From Isurus oxyrinchus (taxonomy: Eukaryota): a DNA stretch of 64,000 nt. Below the pieces are notes generated by a model that made no database searches, was not told the DNA's origin, and saw nothing but the letters and a program-made list of their open reading frames with translations. The position numbers were made by a program, and so were the translations under genes. Positions 38,786 through 51,959 of the stretch are shown piece by piece; within the stretch, counting starts at the first letter, position 1; every line of letters begins with the position of its first letter. The stretch lies in contig JANJGN010000035.1 of the NCBI GenBank assembly GCA_026770705.1, forward strand, positions 7,254,001 to 7,318,000, in the 5' to 3' direction.

Positions 38786-39489
38786 CCTTGATATTCCTTA
38801 CATACACACATGGCCGAAACATTTATTATTTAGTTTTCTTAAACATTTATCATCAGTGCAATGTGGAGTTTCTTATAAATTATATAACCGCGATTGAATT
38901 ATGACAAATAAATGGTCATGCTCCAGGCAATCATTCCTGTCAGTGCAGTTCAGCTTACAGCTCACTCTGCCTTAAATGCTGATGTTTTATTGCATCAAAC
39001 CAACAGTCGTTTGTTAATTTAAATAGTTTGTATCGATTGCATTGCAACCACCCTATGTTACATTTGCCCTTTTTCAGCCAACAATAAAAATATAATGGTA
39101 GTGGTGAGCAATAAAATCAAATCGAGGCAGGAAAACTGATCATGTTGCAAAAAAATCTATTGCTTTGCCATCTCCAGCTCTGGCACAGTTGTTGTGTCCT
39201 CGGGTTTGGGGGTGGGGGGGGGGGGGGTACAGGGGGTTTGTCATCTGTAAAGTACATACAATTAACTAATTTGGTTCCAGAATCTGTAACTCATCAGGTT
39301 TCTTTGCGATTTATATCGTCCCTGATTCAAAGCGTGATTTTCATGAGAGAAGTGGGCAGTAGGCTTCTCCCTGATCAGGCTAAACGTCGTGCACATGGCC
39401 TTAATATGAAAGGAGCTTTCAACCAAAATGTGTTCATAAAATTGATGAACGCACCTATCTAATTGACAAAAACAACATGCAACCAGCCA

Positions 39490-39960
39490 CAGCACAAAGT
39501 CAGGGCGCAAAATGTAATCAGTAGAATCGATTTGTTTTGGTGATCTAGATTGGAGACATTTCCATTTATTTCTATAACATCCTCAATCATCAAAATAAAA
39601 ATAAATAATAACATATGCCACGATTTTCTCTTAACAAATCGATATTGACATCCCATTATTAATCCCTGTTTCATCAAGTACCTATGATTGTTGTTGTGGA
39701 ATACCCATTTTCGAAGAATTCCTAACATCGAGTTTAAAAGCGCGGCTTATATTTTCGACATAACCTTATTTTTTTGACAAGGTTGTAACTTGCAATTGTC
39801 TAGCTCAATTACATAAACTATCTGTCAAAGGAGGATTGAAAGCTGATGGGCAGATTCCCCTCCATTTTTTTCATATCCCATGATGAGTCTGATGCATTCG
39901 TTTCTGACAGATAGAAGAGTCGAAATAATTTTCTTTTTAAAATTTGGCGCCCATTCATTA
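39490..39960 (-). mobile_element. Decayed CR1 RT fragment
   Basis: YLMKQGLIMGCQYRFVKRKS (cf. SQHGFVKGKSC). Confidence 0.55.
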
Positions 39961-40273
39961 TCTCATTACCACCTTTTTTGCTATGGGTTTGACAACATTT
40001 TTTGTCGATAAAAAAAACAGATTTATAGTGCGTCATTAGTTACTTAGATGTGCCCCAGCCTCTGTGCAGAAGTAATCTAATTACTTTCTAATCAGACTCA
40101 ATGCGATTTCATCAATCTGGTTCTAATTATTTTCTTACAATAAATTTTTTTGTTTATTTTTGAGACATTTTTTTCCCATTTGTCCCATCTGCCCATCTCA
40201 TTTCGTTCCTCACTTCACTTCACTTCAGACTTTCACTTTTCTCAAGCTATATGTTGTATGTTACACAGTAAAT

Positions 40274-40560
40274 GAGTGGCAGCATAAGATGACGAGTTAT
40301 CCAGAGGCCCAGATAATGCTTTGTGGAAACTGATTCAAATCAACTCACAGCAGCTGGTGTCAGTTCAAGTCATATAATTATTCTGTAATTAAAAAAAATG
40401 TCTTAATAATAGTTCCATAAAACAATAATCCATTGCTATGAAAAAAAAAACTGCCATGTAGAAGAGAAAGATGCCGTCCTTACTTGGTCTGACATAAATA
40501 TAACTCCAGATACATCAATGTAACTGAATCTTAATTGCTCTCTAAAAGTGCCTGGCAAAG
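40274..40560 (+). mobile_element. Decayed SINE of the 25139 family
   Basis: atccagaggcccagataatgct, gattcaaatc, gccgtccttacttggtctgac. Confidence 0.65.
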
Positions 40561-40599
40561 CTCTTGGCTGTATCAAAAAATGTGCTACAATGGACAAAG

Positions 40600-41600
40600 C
40601 AAGTACTAGGGAGCCTGAATTGATTTGCTTTCAAGCATCTGTGCGCTTGAGCAAAAAGAGGAAACGCTTTCCCACAGAGCAATCGCCTCTTAAAGGGAAT
40701 GTCTTTATAGCACCATCTACATGTGTATCGTGCACAACAGCCAGGAAAAAAACGCACAAGGCAAAGTCGCAAGGTCCTACATAATCTTGAATTATTTGCA
40801 CTCAGAACATTCATAGTTCAGTCCACACACCATGAAATATCACGGGAACACGTGAAACTCGGGCAAGGACGACCCCAGCTTATTACTGTCAATCGAACGC
40901 CAATCCATCCAAAGCTATTCCCGTTAGCCAATCAAACACACTGCTCTGTGTTGGATGCTGATTGGCAGCACCAATATGGTTGCCAAGTGCACAACATGGA
41001 ATGATGTTGGGGATATTCAATTGCCATCACCAAGCTCAGTTCTGTAGCACCATAGCTAACTGAGCGCTGGCCGAGTGATAAATGATAAATCAGCTTGGCC
41101 ATATCTGCAGCAAGTGGAGAGGGGCCAACAGCACTGATTAAACCTATTTAACCTCGCCATGAAAAATCTGTATAGGTTTGGGAACCTTTCAGCACTTTGG
41201 GAGATTTAGACCTGGACTCACATTGAGAATATCCTCCATAGAGATTTGTGACACCACCACCTGCTAAATGAGATATGAGTACGAACAGACCTATCAACTC
41301 AAAACTGGACATCCAACTTTTGAAGTATTAACAATAGATTTGCATTGTAATACAATTTCTAAAATGAAGGCATGCAATACTGTTGACCATAACAATATAA
41401 CTGCGGATCAACTTTGGTCTATTGAAGAGTGTCAGAGCATGCGGCGGGAAGAGCAACAGGCATACCTAAAATGATTTATCAACATTGTGAATCTGCAACG
41501 CAGTGCTACATGCTGTCAATAAGCATTAACCATTATTGGATAGGCAGGGCTAATCGTGCCCACCGCCACCGGATCCGATCACAATTCACCCCAGCACAAC
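40600..41600 (+). mobile_element. Decayed CR1-type LINE APE region (second family)
   Basis: HEISREHVKLGQGRPQLITVNRTP; gatattcaattgccatcaccaa (GDFNVHH region). Confidence 0.6.
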
Positions 41601-44199
41601 AATTTATATGCATAACGTTCCCATTATGTATCCTAACAAGTATAAACCTTAATTTCCTCCTAAGTAGGTATTGTGGCTCACTATCCAAACATCACAATTA
41701 AAGTTCAAATACATTGTGCATATTTATTAGTATTCCTGAGGGTTCCACATTTATTGCATCTTCCCATTGCAGTAAAGTATTTCCTAGGTTAGTTGGCCTT
41801 TCGTTTAATATATATTCTGCATCTTTTTTTATTAATTTGCTTGTCAATGTTGGTCAAGTAGAGGTTTCAATTGTGAATCTATTCTGAAGAATTGTTGCTT
41901 TTGCTAAACCCCGTCATTGTAAGTGAAATTTCTGTTTGACTCTCAGACGGCCATGTCTTGTTCTCAGCACATTTGCAGCATGAAACTTCTGAAAACGAGT
42001 TTTACTTTTCATCCCAGTTTAAGTAGAGCAACATTACATTTTATAACTCAGATAGTGGACAATATTATTCATAAAACATTTACGTTAAGGGCATTTCAGC
42101 TTTCCATTACTCCAAGTCAAATTGCCGATGACCCTTGTTAATTTTAGTTCCTCCTCAATCCTTAATGATCACAGTCGCATTAAAGGTCAAAGGATTTGAA
42201 AATAGTATTTGGTTGTGCCCATTTCCTTCACGATTAGTCCGTCTTATGGGCAAAAATGTTTTAATATTGATTAGCATATGTAACATGACCTCAATTAAAA
42301 GCTTTTTATAAATATTTCAAATCACATTATACAAATTTGTCTGTGCTGCTTCCAATTAAGGAGTAATGTCTTAAATGAATACTTCATTGGTTGTTCAGCA
42401 AAAAAAAAAAAATGTCAATGCCCAGGGCCTCTTGGAAACTTCAACCATGCATAGATGAACTTGCAAATCAACAAAATACAACACATGCCTCAGGACATTA
42501 GGGCACCATTTTTAATAAGCCGCAGTTTCCTGCACAAAATCGTTGGAGTATGCATTGCCTTCCTCATGGGCTGCCCAAGGTTAATTGTCTGGAGCTGAGA
42601 CTTCTGTCCCTCAGTCGGGAGCAATTCCCGCCTCACAAAAATTATGGACAATCTGTTGTCCCAGCAGCTCCCTAGTTCCAGCAGAACAGAAGCTGCAGTG
42701 GGCAGGTCTAGGGCTTTGACACGTCTCTAATGCATAACGTCCAGCCCCAGGACCGAGAGGAATGTTGGGGTATCTGAATGGTTTAGGGTGCTGAGAACCC
42801 TAATGTGAGGATAGCGCCTTTGAGAGCAGAGGCCAGATGGAGGATAGGTGCGTGGCCTTAACTTGTGCGGAGATACCAGATAATGAAAGGAAACCATCGA
42901 TGGGGACTTCCCCCATTCCTGCTCGAGGACGAAGCAGGGTCACAGTCAGCACTTTTGCATTGTGATGAAGTCACTCCACCATTGTGAAAATAGAGCAGAG
43001 TGGGCAATGGCACAATAATGCCCTAATTAGGGAAAGGCTTAGGCCAAGCATTACCTCGAGCAGTGTTCATTGTTGGCGTGACGTTACTTGGCAGGCCACC
43101 AGATACGTATAGTTCCTTCTCCCTATACCCGCAAATCTGATGGCAGGAGAATGTCACATGTTGCCCAGGACACGATTATGAGCTGCACTGAAAGAGTAAT
43201 CTGATTTTATTGAATCTACTTTGAGACTGGGAACTGAAATATTTCATAATATTGTTTTAATTAGCTCATTCAATAATTTCAAGAGATTGTTTAAACCTTC
43301 TAAAATATAAGCCAGTCGGGAAAACCTTTAGTTAATTCACTTGAATAGGAACATAGTTCGGTAATAGAATGATGTTATAAAGCTTGTACACATTTACTGC
43401 AATGCACAAGAATGTGTCAACTCTTCTTGTTAATCCACCGTGTATGTGCGATGGTCTGGTCAATTGTAATCCTGAGGCTCTAATCCGTTTCAAACCCGGC
43501 AGAATTTTGAGTCTCTCTGTTAATGAGAGCATCCTCAGAGATTATTACTTACAAGTACTGAGAGCACGGTTATCGACTGGGGGACATAAGTTAGATAAGA
43601 TTTTTAAACGAATATTGGCAACACGCAGCATGGCACCTTCTCCATGCTTGCAAAACGCAGCAACCGGTATTATTTTTGAAGCTTTTCTGGGGTCACTTGG
43701 TCTTCGGCCTTCACACAGATTAACTTGGCACGATTACAGCTTTGTTAACTGGTGGCAGAATGTAACTTCAACATGAGCTCTGTATTTCGATCGAGCAATA
43801 TGTATTCTTACTGTTTAAAACAGACTGGACCTATGTGGTGTCAACAGAAACAAGGTTGTTCTCAGTGAGAGTTAAAAGCACAGAAGTAGAAATTACATTT
43901 GCACAGTGATGTAATGGACTTTATGTTTAAGGAGAGAGAGAATGGGAATGACATTTTCAGAGTACGAGGATGAGAGTAGTGTTTGCAGAGTATCACAATG
44001 GGCGTGACTGATTTTATATCAGCCTCAGACTCCAAAGATGCAGCAGGCACAACTACCTGCATCAGACAATGCAAATAAAACACAACACTTAATTTGGAGA
44101 TTATTTCTCTCATCATAATAGTAAAGAAATGACCAGAAACACCACCCCGCCCACCAACAGCACAGCACTTCACCCACCCCATATCCCCATATTGTGGCA

Positions 44200-44880
44200 C
44201 AATGAAATTTGTTCCTTAAGGCAGCGGAAAGAACTATCGAGAGTCTACCCTGTATAACGGCTCCTGATCTGAAGTTTTTCAACAATATCAGGCCTCATTC
44301 TTCAAGCCTAAGAGAGCATGAGATGAATGAACTCTTCCTTGCGACGTAGAGCACGTTACTGGATCCAACCTAGTTCAGTTTTGCTGCGGTCAGCAAATGC
44401 AATTCGCCCTTCTATTGATTTATGACACCTCCGAAAAAGCAAGCTTACACATGTGCGCTTCTAATATGACGTCATCTTTCTGCAACTTGGGTTTCCCGCA
44501 AAGTTTTATGCAGTTCCATCCACCGTGTCCGTTCAAAGCAAACGATTTTGCTGTTATCAGTTTTCTCACCCTCCCACAATCATCAGCACTCATTTCTACA
44601 ACAGCCACTGTCGCATGCAAAACATCATCCTCCACTGTAATGCCAAAACCATGCTGATATTCCTCTGAATACCTTTTGGAACGGTGGGCTTCCCATCCGA
44701 GACCTTGCCCACACCAGCATGAAATCACTTTGTGATAGGTGTAGAAGGAAGCTGCAGTGAATCCTATTCCTACAATTTCAACCTGCGCAACAAACCCCTT
44801 TCTGTCCACTCCTAAAGAAGCAGCCAGTGGGAGAGAAATACGCTCTAAGCATGCAACCTGGCATATCTCCAAGTAACATG
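44200..44880 (+). mobile_element. Heavily decayed RTE-like LINE fragment
   Basis: LLIYDTSEKA...SSFCNLGFPQSFM resembles RTE RT AFxDLxKAFD...LxKFGCPxKF. Confidence 0.4.
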
Positions 44881-45364
44881 TGTATGAATTTAACTTCAAT
44901 TTATTTCGAAAACTGTATTCACTGCTCAGTGTGTGGCTTACTTTGCTCTGAAGTAACAAAACACAGACTTGGTGAAATCATTTGACCATATTTGCATTCA
45001 AAGCACAATCAGATCTTTGGTTTCCTGCATCTTCCAAATTCCAGCATTCACGTTCCTCTCAATTCTACACTTATATATTTAATCTGCCACACTGTTGCAA
45101 CAATACTCAACTCAATCCCAAAAATACATTAATACATTTGCATGCCTTTTCTGGCGATGTCTAAACCATTTTTTGCATCAAACGGCCGGGAACATTCGAA
45201 GTTTGTTACTTACAACGCATTCTATAATGGTTCCCATTGCAGAGTAGTTGTCCAGACAAGATTGCTCTTCTGGAAAATTACCAGGCAAAACATTATGTAT
45301 GAGCTTCAGGAGTGGGTTGCCCAGATATCTTCGGCGTTGCCCCACACATCCCCTCCCCTGAACA

Positions 45365-45507
45365 NNNNNNNNNNNNNNNNNNNNNNNNNNNNNNNNNNNN
45401 NNNNNNNNNNNNNNNNNNNNNNNNNNNNNNNNNNNNNNNNNNNNNNNNNNNNNNNNNNNNNNNNNNNNNNNNNNNNNNNNNNNNNNNNNNNNNNNNNNNN
45501 NNNNNNN
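45365..45507. other. Assembly gap (N run)
   Basis: 143 N. Confidence 1.
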
Positions 45508-45899
45508 CGTGTTTGAGAAAGAATGGTGTGAGCAATCAGGAATACACAGATCATTTACCCGAAATTCGATTATATTGATACTGATGGGATGCATTCTGAA
45601 AGAATTAGAACCATAGTAGCACAACATTTAAAAATTTTACAATTAAGCAGATCCAAGGAGATTTCGTAAAAAAAAGGGGAATCGTGCTTGAAAAATTTGT
45701 TAACCTTCATTGAGAATGTATCAAGGAGTGTGGATAAAGCCGAACCAGCTGATTAAATGTATCTAAATTGACAAAATTATTTTGGCAAGGCGGCCACAAC
45801 AACGACAAGCAAGGTTGCTTATTGGTTGTTTAAGAAATGATGATGTCACTGAATGTCAAGTCGTGACCTTAATATTTTCTCATGTTGGAACAACCATTG

Positions 45900-46550
45900 T
45901 CTTACGCTGCTTTTGGAAATGCTGCTTCTCAGATTTCAGCCTAAAGCGGACTATTGGCTAAGATTTCCTGCAAGTAATTTCATGAACTGCGAAAAAGCCA
46001 TTGCCATTGAGCACCTGAAATCATCATTAAATTGTTACATTTTAAGGTAATGATGCAGAGAACCTTAATTGATGTAGCAACCGATGGTGGTTTTGCCCAC
46101 CACACCATCTTGAGGAAGTTTTGCAACAGTATATTGAGTTGCAATATTTGGCTCACGAATATCTTAACCATTCTCCTTTGCAATAGGCTTGAATGTAATC
46201 AGTGGTGACTCTTCTACTGATCCTCATTTTGCTCACATTTCTGAAGTTCCTTGATGCCAAATATGGCCAAACGCACCATCGATATCAAGGTCATGGGCTT
46301 GCATCTCACATCTTGAATTTTGTTTCTTTGTCACGTATGAAAAAATGCTGTAGTACAGTTAGGAGTCGAATGGCCCTGACAGGTACAAAACACTGAGCAA
46401 GATATTGCTGTGTGAGCACTGTTTGAATGCACAATCTTTAATGGAATTCGTAAGATCCTAGCTAATATTGCCAGTGGACAAGATAAATGGAAATGATTTT
46501 GATATATTCCAACATTTTTATTTTGTTTAGAAACGTGGAGGGTGCCCAAT
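45900..46550 (-). mobile_element. Decayed CR1-type LINE RT fragment
   Basis: Minus strand CQGHSTPN, LDIDGAFGHIWHQG (LDIKAAFDRVWHQG), PQDGVVG (PQGSVLG). Confidence 0.75.
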
Positions 46551-47894
46551 AAACAGAGTCACAAAGGTGAGCTGATCTAATTTCTAACGAAATAAAAGCA
46601 TACTTATCAATCAAGAAAATATTAAATATATTATAATACTAAGTCACCCATAAATCTACCCTTACAGATACTTAAAGATTTGGTAGGATAGCAGAAGTTA
46701 AAAAACCTACCTGTAACGCTATTGTTCATAAATGCTATATCGTCCATTAAACCGCTAGGGGACCTGTGGTCAGGCACACCAAACTCTGAAACCAAGTGAT
46801 AGATGCCAACTCAGGCGGTTGCTATGGATCTCTCCTCAACTGAACACACACGTTTGTGGCACCGCAAGCCAACCAGCCTAACTGAATTCCGTCTTGCACA
46901 TGATGGTTTGCAATCTCCACTATCCAAACATTCGCTTTAGAATGGTTTCCGAAACGAGTCTTTCACTCAGGTGCCTTCCCCAATGGTCCGCCCCCCCGGC
47001 TTTCGAACTCACCTTCCGATATTATTGGCTATTGGTTCACCACAAACTTTCAAAGTTCCTTCAGCCCACTGTCCCTCACTGGCTGAGCCGTCAACAGCAC
47101 ACAATTGATGGGTGTGACACGTACAAAGCTTCAGCTGCCATTTTACCCTTCTACATTCTCAAACGCCGTTCTTGATTTAATTGTTGCTTCCTGCAGCATC
47201 CATTTCGTTAGATTTGAGGCTTGAAACCTCCCCGTGCTCCCTGCTCTTAACTTCACGTAAAACAACACTTCTCGACTAATTTTCATGGAATGCCTGGGAT
47301 TTTCTCCTGCCTCACTCTGCTGGGTATAGAAACTTTCTTTTTCAGCTTGAGACTTGACATCTAACCTTTTGGTCTAATTTCTATTCAGGCAGCTGCCTTC
47401 AAATAATTGAATTCAAACTGCGTTCTCTTTTGTTCTTCCTTATCTGTGTGTGAGTGGGGCATGTCTTTGTGGACCTCTGCTGCTAGGCAGCAGCACAATT
47501 TTTGAAAATATTTTTGTATTGATTTTTAACGTTTATTAAAGTCGTAAAACGCAAATTAGCAACGCAGGCAATTAAACGGTTTTAGACCTGCTGTTTCCCA
47601 AAACAATTAAACTAGATCCCAGGTTTCATATTTTAATGTGAAACGAAAACTCAACTATTCTTTTATTTAATGGACTGAAGTACATATCCACATTAAACAA
47701 AATATATGCCTTATTCTTACCAAATTAATTACTTTAACTGACTATATTTCTTGGCAGCTTTGATCAAGTTGCTGAGGATCGAGACTAGACTTTAATTGAT
47801 TGTTTTTTTTTGTCGTGAATTTGGTAGACAGAGCACATTATTGTATTTTGTTTCCTGATTGTCGGACAGATACTGATGATGTACATAAAAATAT

Positions 47895-48570
47895 ACGGAC
47901 ATACGAATGAGGAGCAAGGATAGGCCATCCAATCTCTCGAGCATGCCCCTCCAATTAATAAGATCATGGCAGATCTGGTAATATCTTGAAATATCCATCC
48001 CACCTACCCTGTATATCTTATAAACCACATGCTTGCCAGGAATCTACCCACATCCACCTTAGAAATAATCAGATTTCGCTTCAACCACCTTTTCAGGAAG
48101 TGAGTTCCAAAGACCTACCTGCCTCCCAGGGAAAAAAGAAGCACTTCATCGCTGTTCTGGATGACCGTCCCTTTCTTTTTAAAAATTTACTCCTGGTTCT
48201 CGCTGCTCCCAGATGAAGAAACATCATCTCCACATCCGCCCTGTCAAGGCCCCTTAGGACCCTATCTTTTCCAAGCAAGCCGGCTCTTACTCTACAAAAC
48301 TCCAGCGCATACAAACCTTTACTGTTCAACCTTTCCTCAAACGACAACCCACCAACTGCAGGCATTTGTCTGGTAAACCCACTCTGAACTGCTGCAATGC
48401 ATTTCCATCCTTCTTTAAGTAAGGTGATCAACACTGTACACAGCAATCCAAACGTCGCCTTATTATTGCACAGTACAACTGAAGCATAACCTCCCTACTT
48501 TTGTATTCAATTACTCTCGCAATAAATGATAACATTCGATTAGCTTTCCTAATTACTTGCAGTATTTCAT
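47895..48570 (-). mobile_element. CR1 LINE 3' end
   Basis: ORF 48093-48446: VQSGFTRQMP..GLSFEERL..GLYALEF.R.RA.L..RVLRGLDRADV, typical CR1 ORF2 C-terminus. Confidence 0.9.
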
Positions 48571-49377
48571 GTAGCCGAATTGGAACAATTGGCTCGTGTT
48601 GGAGCAGAACGCTTCAGGTATTTGGCTGTGATGATTAAAGGGTGCAAACGCTTTCAGGTATTCAGAGCATTCAGGTGTTTACTGATGTCATGCTGAATTT
48701 ATCAACTCATTTAAATTGAGACACTTGTGATGTTTCAGACCTCCATTAAGGACGAGATGGAACATCCATTTGCAACTTCTGTATCAAAATATATGCAAAT
48801 GCTTAAATATCATTGTTCGCATTCAAAAGTTTGGTTCCTCAATCATTGATAATTTCCTTGTTTACCTGGCTCCCTGCCAGCAACAACCTATGTCCTTCAT
48901 GTGTTATTAATTTAATTCTGCACCAGGGTTCATGACTAAATGTGACATAGCTGAAGCTCGTTGAGATGATCCCTTGTTCTTGGGATCGTTAGGTTCTGTT
49001 AACCTTGGTTGCCCACTGTTCCGTTTGCATACCTGTGTCTAATGTTTCAACTATCGATGGCATCTGTTGTCTGTACAGGCAGAGGTGTCGCTGTCATAAA
49101 TACTTGCTACAACCCTTGAAACTTCCCCGAATATCCTTGTTTCCCTGTGATAATTTTTATCTTCATCCTGCCCTCTACAGTGCATGATTGTATCCCATCA
49201 TTTACACTAGTTTTGATTGTTGTCCTTTAAATTATGCTTTTCCTTTCTTATTGTCCCGAGGATTTTAGATGCTGACATAGGCTCTTCAGGTAACCCCTAA
49301 TAGTATCGTTAGATGATCCCTAATCGCCACTACACGTTAATTTCCCCCCAGTTTTTTGCATTTATCTAATGTAGTAG

Positions 49378-49930
49378 TTAAAAGCAAAATACTGCAGATT
49401 CTCGTAATCTTGGAAAAAACTGAAAAAGCTGGAAAGAAAACTTACAGGTCAGACAGGATCTGTGGGTGGTGACTGGGGTGGGGGGGGGGTTGCGGTGGCG
49501 GGGGTGGGGGAGGTCGGGGGTAGGAACAGATTTAACATTTAATTTTTTTAGGAGGTCTGACAGTTATCTGGAGATAAATCGAAGCAACAATGTGAAGGAA
49601 TTTACACCGTATAAGGAAGTAAGGAAGTGGGTGGGGGAGCAGCTGGAGCCAGATGGACCATGGAGTGGTGGTGGGTCAACAGACATTCACAAAGGTGTTG
49701 CTGTCACAAGAAAACGTGAGTGTTAACGGTATTGGTGAAGAATACGTAGGTTCTGATCGTGGCAAAAACGTATAAAAGCAGAATGTTAGTTGGAGATCAA
49801 TGTTCAGGGCTCTGATAAAATACAACCTAGAAACAAGTGACAGATCGCCGTGTGAGTGCTGGGGTTTGGTGTTGGTTGACGACAAAGGAAAACAATACAT
49901 ATAGATAAAAATAAAATTCTAAATGTTTGA
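49378..49930. mobile_element. Decayed relative of the Penelope-derived palindromic element
   Basis: aaaagcaaaatactgcagattct...aagctggaaag...aggtcagacaggatctgtgg resembles the 5' end of 61631-61836. Confidence 0.45.
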
Positions 49931-50585
49931 AGAGAGAGTAGTGACTTCATGGACTGAAAGTTACTTTCCTGTCCATCAGCTCTTGTGGAGTAATGCCGGA
50001 AGCACTGTTTTTTTCTTTCTGTCGGTGACATAATTATGGTGGCTAACATGTTCACATATAGTTTCCAAATTTTACCTATTGAATTACTTACAGCTGTGTT
50101 TACTGCCCTGGTCATTCCTTCCACCATTCCTGATCATTGAGGATGCTAGTTAGGTGGAACTGCTGTTTCACTCCGAGCCGTTGGCCTGCACTCTTCATGG
50201 ATTGCCTCTAATGTGCCTTCCCGTCTCACTGACTATTCGTAGAGCTAGTCATACCCCTTACTCTTCAGCCAAGATCAGTCCAATGGTGTGGCCAGAAAAG
50301 CCGCTTGTGCAGAATGCCTCCAACAACCATGCACATTGAACTGTTACCACATGCGCTAAGTTTTTACAGTGGTTATTCCATTACAGCCCCATGAAATCTA
50401 CCTGTTTTTTTTTTTTTCGCATGATCCCTTACCGTCCCATAGGTTATTTCTACTTCATCAGTTGTCCCTTGAATGTCTGATAATTTGATTTTTCTTCACC
50501 TGTCTGCTGGGTAGCTTTGTGGGCATTTCTGCATCAGCGGCTTGTCTAAACAGTTCTTACATAAAGGAAAATATATAGAAAATTA

Positions 50586-50905
50586 CAGGACAAAGAGATA
50601 GTGCCGCACTACGGGGATGGACTTTTGGAGGAGGGGTTTAATAAAAAAGGATTCAATGTGCATGGGCTCCACACTTTCAACTTGCAGTTCCCTCAAGCGA
50701 AGGCTCAACTCGATCGCTGTCTGAAATTTCTCATCAATGTTTATTTGCTTTTCAGTTCCAATGAAGATTAACAACACTCAAATAAATGTTCTCTCCCCAG
50801 GATGATAGCCACACATGCTTAGACAATTGAGAGAGGGAGAGGAAGCCAATATTGTTTCCCGGGCATCCACATCTTGTTTCCCAACAGGACTGCTGTCAAA
50901 ATCAC
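50586..50905 (-). pseudogene. Candidate decayed V-domain exon
   Basis: VILT(+1)QS...PGNNIGFLS, HVW(fs)HPGER, IDEKF...SLRLRELQVE; both Cys lost. Confidence 0.35.
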
Positions 50906-51652
50906 ATGTTCACCACTTCAGCATTTTTCCTTCTCACCCATGCGGTTTGCAACAAGTTACCAACGTTGCTTTTCAGCCTTTTATCCTCCACCCTTAAAGT
51001 TGATTGCAGTTCCAAACAAACAACCAGAACTCCGTTCTTTACCTTAAACGTCAGATGATTTCTTAGAAGAAACCTACCTGTTGATAGTTCCAAGTGAAAT
51101 GATGGCTTTATTTTCAAATACATAACCTGCGGCTCCAGCCAGATGTTCAGATGCAGTCATGTCCTTTCATTTGAACAAAGAATCAGTCCTGAATGATAAG
51201 GTCCTTATATGGCTCCTTGCTTCCGGGATAAAGGACAGTTTCCATATGTGTTTCATCACAACGTGCAATGAAACAAAAGCAACAAAAAAACATAATTCAA
51301 GCTTGGAATCGCTCGTCCATTCACTCCTTATAGTTAACCTCTGCAGACTGATATGCTTTCCAGGAAATTATAAAATTTACATTTTTGATAATGCATTATA
51401 AATTGTAATATTTTTTTTTATCAGCAATATGATTGTTTTTTTATTGTTGTAAGGCTCTATCAGCAAGATCAATCTTGACAGCCTGTCATTCTGAGTCTTC
51501 TCTGTTTTCCTCTAAGGCCAAACTGTAATGGTCAGTACTTAATATTGCTTCTTTACTGTTATGGTGTATGGATAAATTGAAATGGTTCGGGACTACTAAC
51601 AATCCCAGCGTGTCCTTTTAAATTGCACAGTACATCTTCTTGTGCTGATTGG

Positions 51653-51782
51653 NNNNNNNNNNNNNNNNNNNNNNNNNNNNNNNNNNNNNNNNNNNNNNNN
51701 NNNNNNNNNNNNNNNNNNNNNNNNNNNNNNNNNNNNNNNNNNNNNNNNNNNNNNNNNNNNNNNNNNNNNNNNNNNNNNNNNN
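51653..51782. other. Assembly gap (N run)
   Basis: 130 N. Confidence 1.
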
Positions 51783-51959
51783 GTTTGTTTTTATTTGTTG
51801 ATTCGTTTACTGAAGTAAATAATGTACTGTTTTTTTAAGCCTGATTTATATCTTTGCAATAGGACTTCACCCACCGTTAATCATTAGAATGGTTTGTTAG
51901 CTTGAAGATGTTAGCAAAACTAAGGACACTTAATGTTTGTTCATAATTACAATCGTCTC

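Noticed and set aside
44420-44959. 179-aa minus ORF after an apparent acceptor
   Set aside because: Better explained as the antisense of a decayed RTE-like LINE
45142-45627. ORFs spanning N runs (also 51623-51838)
   Set aside because: Artefacts of assembly gaps
51565-51612. TCR J-like DKLxFGSGT
   Set aside because: Needs several indels and has no credible RSS
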